Source: Antedon mediterranea
Taxonomy: Eukaryota; Animalia; Echinodermata
Assembly (NCBI RefSeq): GCF_964355755.1
Contig: NC_092674.1
Location: 27,838,001 to 27,902,000, forward strand
Length of the DNA: 64,000 nucleotides
Direction: 5' to 3'
Of the stretch, positions 39,890 to 52,024 are shown one piece after another (positions within the stretch are counted from its first letter, which is position 1; each line of letters opens with the position of its first letter). Under the pieces are notes generated by a model. The model had not been told where the DNA came from, did not search any database, and worked only from the letters and a program-made list of their open reading frames with translations. The translations under genes were made by a program, and so were the position numbers.

Positions 39890-42800
39890 AGGTGTGTATA
39901 ACGTTAGCAAAATGTTTTCAAAATGTAATGGTTTCATTACAAAGTTATTGTTAATGTTCATTTCACGTTAGTACTAAATGTTAAATTTAAACGGTTGTTG
40001 TAAATGTTTCAACGTTATCTAAAAAAGAATGTTTGGATGTTTCTAAAACGTTAGAAAAATGTTAACATGTTATGTAATCGTTTGTTTTAAATTGTAAACG
40101 TTTGTATAACGTTCGCAAAATGTTATCAATATGTTTTCTAATGGTTTACTTACAACGTTATTGGGAACGTTCATTACACGTTAGGCCAATGTTAAAAACA
40201 AATGTTATATAGATGTCACATTTTAACGTTTATTGTAAATGTTATTTCAACGTTATTTCAAAGTTATATTGATGTTATATTTGAACGTTATTGTAAACGG
40301 TTTTTTTAACGTTAGCAAAATGATATCAAAATGTTGTCTAATGGTTTACTTACAACGTTATTCAAGTTTCAAGTTTCAAGTTTATTGTTTCACACAATAC
40401 AATACAATAGAACAGTAACATAAATTAATAAAAAAACAATTGTGTGAGGAGGACGCATTAAGCCAAGGCTTTAAGTTTGGTCCTCCAGATAATTAATATA
40501 TTTAATTATTTAATTTAAGTGAGAGAACAAAAATAAACTTCTTTCTTAGGAACGTTTATTACACGTTAGGCCAATGTTAAAAACAAATGTTATATAGATG
40601 TCACATTTTAACGTTTATTGTAAATGTTATTTCAACGTTATTTAAAAAGTTATGTTGATGTTATGTTTGAACGTTATTGTAAACGTTTGTATAACGTTAG
40701 CAAAATGTTATCAAACCTTTTTATGATCGTTTATTTACAACGTTATTGGGAATGTTTAAAACAAATGTTATGTAGATGTCACATTTTAATGTTTATTATA
40801 AATGTTATTTCAACGTTATTTAAAAGTTATGTTGATGTTATATTTGAACGTTATTGTAAACGTTTTTTTGACGTTAGCAAAATGATATCAAAATGTTGTC
40901 TAATGGTTTATTTACAACGTTATTGGGAACGTTCATTGCACGTTAGGCCAATGTTAAAAACAAATGTTATATAGATGTCACATTTTAACGTTTATTGTAA
41001 ATGTTATTTCAACGTTATTTAAAAAGTTATGTTGATGCTATATTTGAACGTTATTGTAAACGTTTTTTTAACGTTTGCAAAATGATATTAAAATGTTGTC
41101 TAATGGTTTATTTACAACGTTCTTGGGAACGTTCATTGCACGTTAGGCCAATGTTAAAAACAAATGTTATATAGATGTCACATTTTAACGTTTATTGTAA
41201 ATGTTATTTCAACGTTATTTAAAGAGTTATGTTGATGTTATATTTGAACGTTATTGTAAACGTTTGTATAACGTCAGCAACATGTTATTGAAATGTTGCT
41301 TGATGGTTTATTTACAACGTTATTGGGAACGTTCATTACACGTTAGGCCAATGTTAAAAACAAATGTTATGTAGATGTCATTTTTTAACGTTTATTGTTA
41401 ATGTTATTTCAACGTTATTTAAAAGTTATGTTGATGTTATATTTGAACGTTATTGTAAACGTTTGTATAACGTTCGCAAAATGTTATCAATATGTTTTCT
41501 TATGGTTCATTTACAAAGTTATTGGGAACGTTCATTGCACGTTAGGCCAATGTTAAAAACAAATGTTATATAGATGTCACATTTTAACGTTTATTGTAAA
41601 TGTTATTTCAACGTTATTTAAAAAGTTATGTTGATGTTATATTTGAACGTTATTGTAAACGTTTGTATAACGTTAGAAACATGTTATTGAAATGTTGCTT
41701 GATGGTTTATTTACAACGTTATTGGGAACGTTCATTGCACGTTAGGCCAATGTTAAAAACAAATGTTATGTAGATGTCATTTTTTAACGTTTATTATAAA
41801 TGTTATTTCAACGTTATTTAAAAGTTATGTTGATGTTATATTTGAAGGTTATTGTAAACGTTTGTATAACGTTCGCAAAATGTTATCAATATGTTTTCTA
41901 ATGGTTTATTTACAACGTTATTGGGAACGTTCATTGCACGTTAGGCTAATGTTAAAAACAAATGTTATATAGATGTCACATTTTAACGTTTATTGTAAAT
42001 GTTATTTCAACGTTATTTAAAAGTTATGTTGATGTTATATTTGAACGTTATTGTAAACGTTTGTATAACGTTCGCAAAATGTTATCAATATGTTTTCTAA
42101 TGGTTTATTTACAACGTTATTGGGAACGTTCATTGCACGTTAGGCTAATGTTAAAAACAAATGTTATATAGATGTCACATTTTAACGTTTATTGTAAATG
42201 TTATTTCAACGTTATTTAAAAGTTATGTTGATGTTATATTTGAACGTTATTGTAAACGTTTGTATAACGTTCGCAAAATGTTATCAATATGTTTTCTAAT
42301 GGTTTATTTACAACGTTATTGGGAACGTTGATTGCACGTTAGGCAAATATTATTTAAAACAGTTATGTAGATGTTGCTTTTCAATGTTATTGTGAATGTT
42401 TTACAGACGTTATATAAATATTATTTAGAACGTTAGACAGATGTTGAGTTTGAACGTTATTTTATACTGTCTGATTAACGTTATCAGCATGTTATAAAAA
42501 CATATTGATTGCAACGTTTTTGTGAACGTTCAATTAACGTTAGACAAATGTTACTGAATTAGTTTTGTAAATGTTACTTTTGGACATTATTGTAAACGTT
42601 ATTCTAACATTAGATGAACGTTATCAAAACATGTTTTGTAATGGTTACATTTTGAATGTTATTGTAAATGTCCTTCAAACGTTACATAAACGTTATTATA
42701 AATGTTCTGTATGAGGTAAAACGTAACATTTTGTAGAACGTTTATTTAACGTTAGGTAAATGTTAATAAAACAAGTTTGGAAAATGTTATATATTAACGT

Positions 42801-42951
42801 TATTATAAACGTTTTTACAACGTTGAAAGAATGTCCGACGAATAAGTCTTGTTAAGTGAACGTTATGTTAATGTTCTTTTAACGTTCGTAGTGAACCTAA
42901 CCAAACAATAACCAAACAAGAACGTTAGAAAAACGTTATGTGTTTGCTGGG
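39890..42951. repeat. Right subterminal tandem array, ~199-200-bp unit, >10 copies, interrupted at ~40363-40548
   Basis: The cacgttagg anchor recurs every ~199-200 bp from ~40940 to ~42340, and the array is AACGTT-rich. The interruption starts with (ttcaagt)n, like a reversed retroposon tail. Confidence 0.9.
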
Positions 42952-42972
42952 TTCAACATTCATATTTCCTAA

Positions 42973-43131
42973 AGCCGATTTTCCACTAGGCGAATTTGTT
43001 CGCGCGAATCGAAGGCGTCCGCTAATACGCATGCGTAGAGAAGGATGTGGAAGATGTAAACATGAATACACATGCGTACAAGCTGGCGCTTTCGATTCGC
43101 GCGAACAAATTCGCCTAGTGGAAAATCGGCT
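42973..43131. mobile_element. PIF/Harbinger-type MITE
   Basis: ~40-bp perfect TIR agccgattttccactaggcgaatttgttcgcgcgaatcgaa, with TAA at 42970-42972 and 43132-43134. Confidence 0.9.
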
Positions 43132-43278
43132 TAAGTGACATACGGATGTGTGTGCTTTTTAACATAATTATATTAGTTTCACCAATGGCAACCTTTCACA
43201 ATTATGCTGGTATAATAAATACTTATGCAAAATACTATTGTATAGCTTTAGTGTTTATTTATTTCACTCCTTGTAAGA

Positions 43279-46200
43279 ATGTTTAAAATGGCCTTGTCAA
43301 AAAAGAAAAGCTACGTCCATGCCCCAGGTCTGAAGCCCTTTATTGGGCTGACGATGCACGAAATGTTGGAAGAGAGGGTGAAGAAAAATCTGGACAGAGA
43401 AATGCTTGTTTTTTTCGGCGATAATGAACCTTTGCTGAATTTAAGAAAAGAGTGATTTGCCAATCAACGCACATTCTGCTAAACACGTTTAGCCTGTGTA
43501 ATTCTCGTTTGGTTTTAAAACCTTTTGAACACAACTTTTTTTTTCTATGTAGTATAAAGCCGTTATATGTGTAAATTATAGAACCTGAAGCTATGACTAG
43601 ATTCTTCTTTTTTTCAGGTAGTAGACTTAGCAGCCGGGTTCCTATTCAAACTTGGTCTTCGTCGTGGTGATCGTATAGCTGTTATAGGCGCTAACCACGT
43701 AGAATGGCCCCTTATTACAGGTGCAGCGAGAGCCATAGGCGTCGGTGTGGAGGTATATCAATATTTATTTATTGATATCAGTATTTATATGGTATAGGCC
43801 TATTTTCATGTAATTTTTAAAATGTAAACAGTGTTATTTTTCTTCAGGCTAACCTGCTATTTGGTCATAACCCCCAAACGTTCAAGAAAATATTGTCACA
43901 TGTATGTAAGTATCCTGTTACTCTTTCAATTTCAGATTTTGTGTATTGCTGCAAAATGTTAGCCTGGCCTATTCCACTACGTTTCTAATTATTATTATCC
44001 TATATTAAATTTATGGAGTAACTTCATGCGTCCGAACCCCGTGTTTCATGTTTTATATTATTCGTTTTGGACAGGCCACTTTCCCTCCCCACTCTGTGTC
44101 AATCAATCAATCAATCGATCAATAATCTTTATGTACTTCGTATACAAATTGAATCATACATTTAAAAAATAAATAATGGAATCTGATTAATCTATGACGA
44201 GTATAAAAAATACATATACAATTATATCAAATTTATAATTTACAGGTATCGTGTGCAAAGCGTTGTTCATAATTCGTAGCCCTGATACACTTTACCAAAT
44301 GGTTTGTGAAATGATTCCAGAGTTAAGTGAAAGTATTCCAGATGACCTGAATTCAAAACAGTGAGTATGGATAATTTGAATATTATGCTGTATGTATAAG
44401 GTCTGGAACCATAATAATATATTAATACCTGCCAAAATATCATGCAAAGCGCTGATCATATCACACTAATTATCATTTATCGAGGTTAGAGGGTCATCTG
44501 TTAAGTTAACAATGTTCTACCATCAATTCAATTCAATAAAACTATATTATTACAAACTCCGGAGAAATTAGTTTGGTTGTGGTGTACAAAGATTCATTAA
44601 AACGTTTCAAAAGCACACAAAAAGACAAGCACAATCATAACATTGAACACTAATTAATCAGGTTCAATTCTCCAGACTGCAACAATTTGTATTTAAAGTA
44701 TATTTTGTATATATGTGTTTCTCCGAGTTAAATTTTAAATACTGCTTCTTTTTTTTTTGTAGGTTCCCAGATTTAAAGAAGGTTATAGCCGTTGGTCCAA
44801 ATTGTAAAATGTTAAGTGGTATAAAATAGTGCGTTTGTTTGTTGGAGCATAAAGATTATTTCTCCATGATTTGAGTATTAATTCAAGATTGAACCCCGAC
44901 CCTTCCATGGTTTGATTTTTTGCGTCATATTGAAAGTTTTTTTTTTTTTTCGGTGGAACATTGAACTTTGCCGATATTTCTATTTCTGGATGTGAGGAAG
45001 AAGTAGCAAAAGCGGCCAAGAAAGTCACAATTGATGACGTCAGCCACATTAGCATGACATCGGTAAAAAATATTACTATTTTCAAAATCGACATTATAAT
45101 TTCCAGCTGTTTTATTCGTCATAGAACATTTCTATCTCAGGCTACCATGCTGATTTTTAATCTCAGTATTATTGTAAACGTTGTGAATTTTATTCCACTC
45201 CAAATTACACTTAAACTATCGGCTTACGGTATTTTATTTTTTATTCCGTAGGGCACAACTGGATCACCGAAATTAGTACCGTATACTCATTTCCAAACGC
45301 TCAACAGTAAGTTACATCATTCTGACACATAAATGTGACGAGAACCAAGTAGGAAAGATTTATCTTTGTAACTACAAAATGTAGAGGGATTCATTATTAA
45401 TATTAAGAACGGAAAGTTCTGTCTACACTATCAAACTAGTAGTGATATGCCCAAATGTGGTAGTGATATGCCCAAATGTGGTAGTGATATGCCCAAATGT
45501 AGTAGTGATATGCCCAAATGTGGTAGTGATATGCCCAAATGTGGTAGTGATATGCCCAAATGTGGTAGTGATATGCCCAAATGTGGTAGTGATATGCCCA
45601 AATGTGGTAGTGATATGCCCAAATGTGGTAGTGATATGCCCAAATGTGGTAGTGATATGCCTAAATGTGGTAGTGATATGCCCAAATGTGGTAGTGATAT
45701 GCCCAAATGTGGTAGTGATATGCCCAAATGTGGTAGTGATATGCCCAAATGTGGTAGTGATATGCCCAAATGTGGTAGTGATATGCCCAAATGTGGTAGT
45801 GATATGCCCAAATGTGGTAGTGATATGCCCAAATGTGGTAGTGATATGCCCAAATGTGGTAGTGATATGCTCAAATGTGGTAGTGATATGCCCAAATGTG
45901 GTAGTGATATGCCCAAATGTGGTAGTGATATGCCCAAATGTGGTAGTGATATGCCCAAATGTGGTAGTGATATGCCCAAATGTGGTAGTGATATACCCAA
46001 ATGTAGTAGTGATATGCCCAAATGTGGTAGTGATATGCCCAAATGTGGTAGTGATATGCCCAAATGTGGTAGTGATATGCCCAAATGTGGTAGTGATATG
46101 CCCAAATGTGGTAGTGATATGCCCAAATGTGGTAGTGATATGCCCAAATGTAGTAGTGATATGCCCAAATGTGGTAGTGATATGCCCAAATGTAGTAGTG

Positions 46201-49200
46201 ATATGCCCAAATGTGGTAGTGATATGCCTAAATGTGGTAGTGATATGCCCAAATGTGGTAGTGATATGCCCAAATGTGGTAGTGATATGCCCAAATGTAG
46301 TAGTGATATGCCCAAATGTGGTAGTGATATGCCCAAATGTGGTAGTGATATGCCCAAATGTGGTAGTGATATGCCCAAATGTGGTAGTGATATGCCCAAA
46401 TGTAGTAGTGATATGCCCAAATGTAGTAGTGATATGCCCAAATGTAGTAGTGATATGCCCAAATGTAGTAGTGATATGCCCTAATGTGGTAGTGATATGC
46501 CCAAATGTAGTAGTGATATGCCCAAATGTGGTAGTGATATGCCCAAATGTGGTAGTGATATGCCCAAATGTGGTAGTGATATGCCCAAATGTGGTAGTGA
46601 TATGCCCAAATGTAGTAGTGATATGCCCAAATGTGGTAGTGATATGCCCAAATGTGGTAGTGATATGCCCAAATGTGGTAGTGATATGCCCAAATGTAGT
46701 AGTGATATGCCCAAATGTGGTAGTGATATGCCCAAATGTGGTAGTGATATGCCCAAATGTAGTAGTGATATGCCCAAATGTGGTAGTGATATGCCTAAAT
46801 GTGGTAGTGATATGCCCAAATGTGGTAGTGATATGCCCAAATGTGGTAGTGATATGCCCAAATGTAGTAGTGATATGCCCAAATGTGGTAGTGATATGCC
46901 CAAATGTGGTAGTGATATGCCCAAATGTGGTAGTGATATGCCCAAATGTGGTAGTGATATGCCCAAATGTGGTAGTGATATGCCCAAATGTGGTAGTGAT
47001 ATGCCCAAATGTGGTAGTGATATACCCAAATGTAGTAGTGATATGCCCAAATGTGGTAGTGATATGCCCAAATGTGGTAGTGATATGCCCAAATGTGGTA
47101 GTGATATGCCCAAATGTGGTAGTGATATGCCCAAATGTGGTAGTGATATGCCCAAATGTGGTAGTGATATGCCCAAATGTAGTAGTGATATGCCCAAATG
47201 TGGTAGTGATATGCCCAAATGTAGTAGTGATATGCCCAAATGTGGTAGTGATATGCCTAAATGTGGTAGTGATATGCCCAAATGTGGTAGTGATATGCCC
47301 AAATGTGGTAGTGATATGCCCAAATGTAGTAGTGATATGCCCAAATGTGGTAGTGATATGCCCAAATGTGGTAGTGATATGCCCAAATGTGGTAGTGATA
47401 TGCCCAAATGTGGTAGTGATATGCCCAAATGTAGTAGTGATATGCCCAAATGTAGTAGTGATATGCCCAAATGTAGTAGTGATATGCCCAAATGTAGTAG
47501 TGATATGCCCTAATGTGGTAGTGATATGCCCAAATGTAGTAGTGATATGCCCAAATGTGGTAGTGATATGCCCAAATGTGGTAGTGATATGCCCAAATGT
47601 GGTAGTGATATGCCCAAATGTGGTAGTGATATGCCCAAATGTGGTAGTGATATGCCCAAATGTGGTAGTGATATGCCCAAATGTGGTAGTGATATGCCCA
47701 AATGTGGTAGTGATATGCCCAAATGTGGTAGTGATATGCCCAAATGTGGTAGTGATATGCCCAAATGTGGTAGTGATATGCCCAAATGTGGTAGTGATAT
47801 GCCCAAATGTGGTAGTGATATGCCTAAATGTGGTAGTGATATGCCCAAATGTGGTAGTGATATGCCCAAATGTGGTAGTGATATGCCCAAATGTGGTAGT
47901 GATATGCCCAAATGTGGTAGTGATATGCCCAAATGTGGTAGTGATATGCCCAAATGTGGTAGTGATATGCCCAAATGTGGTAGTGATATGCCCAAATGTA
48001 GTAGTGATATGCCCAAATGTAGTAGTGATATGCCCAAATGTAGTAGTGATATGCCCAAATGTAGTAGTGATATGCCCTAATGTGGTAGTGATATGCCCAA
48101 ATGTGGTAGTGATATGCCCAAATGTGGTAGTGATATGCCCAAATGTGGTAGTGATATGCCCAAATGTGGTAGTGATATGCCCAAATGTGGTAGTGATATG
48201 CCCAAATGTGGTAGTGATATGCCCAAATGTGGTAGTGATATGCCCAAATGTGGTAGTGATATGCCCAAATGTGGTAGTGATATGCCTAAATGTGGTAGTG
48301 ATATGCCCAAATGTGGTAGTGATATGCCCAAATGTGGTAGTGATATGCCCAAATGTGGTAGTGATATGCCCAAATGTGGTAGTGATATGCCCAAATGTGG
48401 TAGTGATATGCCCAAATGTGGTAGTGATATGCCCAAATGCGGTAGTGATATGCCCAAATGCGGTAGTGATATGCCCAAATGCGGTAGTGATATGCTCAAA
48501 TGTGGTAGTGATATGCCCAAATGTGGTAGTGATATGCCCAAATGTGGTAGTGATATGCCCAAATGTGGTAGTGATATGCTCAAATGTGGTAGTGATATGC
48601 CCAAATGTGGTAGTGATATGCCCAAATGTGGTAGTGATATGCCCAAATGTGGTAGTGATATGCCCAAATGTGGTAGTGATATGCCCAAATGTGGTAGTGA
48701 TATGCCCAAATGTGGTAGTGATATGCCCAAATGTGGTAGTGATATGCCCAAATGTGGTAGTGATATGCCCAAATGTGGTAGTGATATGCCCAAATGTGGT
48801 AGTGATATGCCCAAATGTGGTAGTGATATGCCCAAATGTGGTAGTGATATGCCCAAATGTGGTAGTGATATGCCCAAATGTGGTAGTGATATGCCCAAAT
48901 GTGGTAGTGATATGCCCAAATGTGGTAGTGATATGCCCAAATGTGGTAGTGATATGCCCAAATGTGGTAGTGATATGCCCAAATGTGGTAGTGATATGCT
49001 CAAATGTGGTAGTGAAATGCCCAAATGTGGTAGTGATATGCCCAAATGTGGTAGTGATATGCCCAAATGTGGTAGTGATATGCCCAAATGTGGTAGTGAT
49101 ATGCCCAAATGTGGTAGTGATATGCCCAAATGTGGTAGTGATATGCCCAAATGTGGTAGTGATATGCTCAAATGTGGTAGTGAAATGCCCAAATGTGGTA

Positions 49201-49502
49201 GTGATATGCCCAAATAGATTATGGATACTATATGTATTTTATGCTATAAAAGAACAATTATTTTGTATTGATTACGTCATCAGCATTACGATATCAAAAC
49301 CGGTATACAAAGATACGTCGGGATACGTAAACAGAAACGTGCTTACACTATACAATTGTTTCATATACATCCTTGCTATCCCTGTATGTACATTTAAATC
49401 GTGTCATCAACAACTTATTTTTGTTTACAGGTGGATTGTAAGAAGTTGCAAAAGATGGCTATTGGTCGAATTAAATTACCGAACACGCCTTATCAAGAAT
49501 AA
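43279..49502 (+). pseudogene. ACSF2-like copy D, pseudogene lacking exons 8-17
   Basis: Exons 1-7 lie at ~43279-45350. Defects are a 7-nt deletion in exon 1 (~43429), an altered exon 2 donor, +2 nt in exon 4 and an exon 6 acceptor CAG>CGG. The satellite follows, then only exon 18 (49431-49502). Confidence 0.85.
45438..49215. repeat. 21-bp tandem satellite (gtagtgatatgcccaaatgtg), ~180 copies
   Basis: Near-perfect head-to-tail units without spacers, preceded by the MITE terminus aagttctgtctacactatcaaa (~45414-45435). Confidence 0.97.
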
Positions 49503-50196
49503 AGTGAAAACTCCCACGTCATTAAATCAATTTCTTCTTGTTGTATTACATATCATTGTGACTATTGAAGTGTATTTAGTATAATAAAACACCTAAGTAG
49601 ATTCTTGTCATTTGATTAGACGATTTTGGATCACGTGATTTTCAATAAACTGCGATATTGCACGCTCGACGTTATATACAACGATTCAGCTTTTTTGTAC
49701 GAAAAGAAAAATCTTCTCGCGTACAGAAAAAAACAGGCCACGGCGAAAATCTAATAGCGCTTCCAATTTTGTGCTTCGCTTTGGCATATATACAATACCA
49801 ATTTAAAATGGCATTCGATCAGAAACTAACATTTTTGGGGAGCGATATTTACTACTTTAGACCAAAAAGCACTTAAAGTATGTTTAAAGCGTGTGTAGGC
49901 CTATGATTTTTATTAAGACGTGGAATTGCCTTCATCAGATTAATTTCATTCATGAAAATATAACCTTTCATCTTTCACCTCATGCAATTATTCGTACTAT
50001 TTCACTAATAAAACATTCATTATCTGTATAATATTCAACACATGGACTATCTGCACTTAGTGGATGAAATATTTTACCAATATGTATAAGTATTGTCAGG
50101 GAGTGTCAGCCTCGCGTCAGTCAAAATGAAGATATCACAATGCTTAGCATGGAATAGAATTAATAATTTAACATTTAGGAGCTGCTTGTGCGTTTA

Positions 50197-51692
50197 TATG
50201 ATTACTGTCACGTGTTGATATCTTGATACTTTGATTGGTATACATGATTTCATCAAATTACTTCTGTATTATGATTACTGTCACGTGTTGATATCTTGAT
50301 ACTTTGATTGGAATACATGATTTCATCAATTTACTTCTGTTTTATGATTACTGTCACGTGTTGATATCTTGATACTTTGATTGGTATACATGATTTCATC
50401 AAATTACTTCTGTATTATGATTACTGTCACGTGTTGATATCTTGATACTTTGATTGGAATACATGATTTCATCAAATTACTTCTGTATTATGATTACTGT
50501 CACGTGTTGATATCTTGATACTTTGATTGGAATACATGATTTCATCAATTTACTTCTGTATTATGATTACTGTCACGTGTTGATATCTTGATACTTTGAT
50601 TGGTATACATGATTTCATCAAATTACTTCTGTTTTATGATTACTGTCACGTGTTGATATCTTGATACTTTGATTGGTATACATGATTTCATCAAATTACT
50701 TCTGTATTATGATTACTGTCACGTGTTGATATCTTGATACTTTGATTGGTATACATAATTTCATCAAATTACTTCTGTTTTATGATTACTGTCACGTGTT
50801 GATATCTTGATACTTTGATTGGTATACATGATTTCATCAATTTACTTCTGTATTATGATTACTGTCACGTGTTGATATCTTGATACTTTGATTGCATACA
50901 TGATTTCATCAAATTACTTCTGTATTATGATTACTGTCACGTGTTGATGTCTTGATACTTTGATTGGTATACATGATTTCATCAAATTACTTCTGTATTA
51001 TGATTACTGTCACGTGTTGATGTCTTGATACTTTGATTGGTATACATAATTTCATCAAATTACTTCTGTATTGTGATTACTGTCACGTGTTGATATCTTG
51101 ATACTTTGATTGGTATACATGATTTCATCAAATTACTTCTGTATTATTACTGTCACGTGTTGATATCTTGATACTTTGATTGGTATACATGACTTCATCA
51201 AATTACTTCTGTTTTATGATTACTGTCACGTGTTGATATCTTGATACTTTGATTGGTATACATGATTTCATCAAATTACTTCTGTATTATGATTACTGTC
51301 ACGTGTTGATATCTTGATACTTTGATTGGTATACATGATTTCATCAAATTACTTCTGTATTATGATTACTGTCACGTGTTGATATCTTGATACTTTGATT
51401 GGTATACATGATTTCATCAAATTACTTCTGTATTATGATTACTGTCACGTGTTGATATCTTGATACTTTGATTGGTATACATGATTTCATCAATTTACTT
51501 CTGTTTTATGATTACTGTCACGTGTTGATGTCTTGATACTTTGATTGGTATACATGATTTCATCAAATTACTTCTGTATTATATTACTGTCACGTGTTGA
51601 TATCTTGATACTTTGATTGGTATACACGATTTCATCAAATTACTTCTGTATTATGATTACTGTCACGTGTTGATGTCTTGATACTTTGATTT
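50197..51692. repeat. 73-bp tandem repeat, ~20 copies
   Basis: Unit tatgattactgtcacgtgttgatatcttgatactttgattggtatacatgatttcatcaaattacttctgtat, with period 50201 to 50274. Confidence 0.95.
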
Positions 51693-52024
51693 TTTATTTT
51701 TATTTTTTGTGGACATATCAGTACCATATTTGGGCACATCACATTGTTTTGTCAAACTACTTTAAAATGAAGGGATTAACCTACCGGATTTACTGAACCT
51801 AAAAGAGGGTTGGACTTTTTATTAATCTGTACGAATGAAAAGGCAGTCATTTTCCTATCGTTACCTTCGCGCTCTATTAAAAAATTGATTGTTCAGCCTG
51901 ACAATGCTTAGTTTGTATGTGAACGTAGGGGTTTAAAGTTCATTTTTAAGTTAACATTCATTTTGTATAAGACTGTGTTTGCTTATGCCTACTGCTGCTT
52001 TTTAAAGTTCGTTAGTTGTCTAGA

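Larger units (their letters stand above)
19991..42951. mobile_element. ~23 kb CMC/EnSpm(CACTA)-like DNA transposon, apparently non-autonomous, with nested insertions
   Basis: Perfect 11-bp TIR CCCAGCAAACA (19991) / TGTTTGCTGGG (ending 42951) continuing into ataacgttt. TT lies on both flanks, and both ends carry AACGTT-rich subterminal arrays. The flanks match the contiguous upstream region of copy A (19903-19933 ~ 498-530; 43151-43270 ~ 531-643). Confidence 0.85.

Noticed and set aside
40624-42171. Repeated 69-116 aa ORFs (MLCRCHFLTF...)
   Set aside because: They are by-products of the ~199-bp subterminal units, and indels between units break the frames.
19991-42951. Polinton/Maverick or endogenous virus
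   Set aside because: There are no long TIRs, no 6-bp TSD and no long ORFs (polymerase, integrase, capsid). The termini fit CMC/EnSpm better.
45431-49584. 1380-aa (CPNVVVI)n ORF and overlapping (MPKCGSD)n / (LGISLPH)n ORFs
   Set aside because: These are artefacts of a stop-free 21-bp unit. Several frames on both strands are open, and the unit derives from a non-coding MITE repeat.
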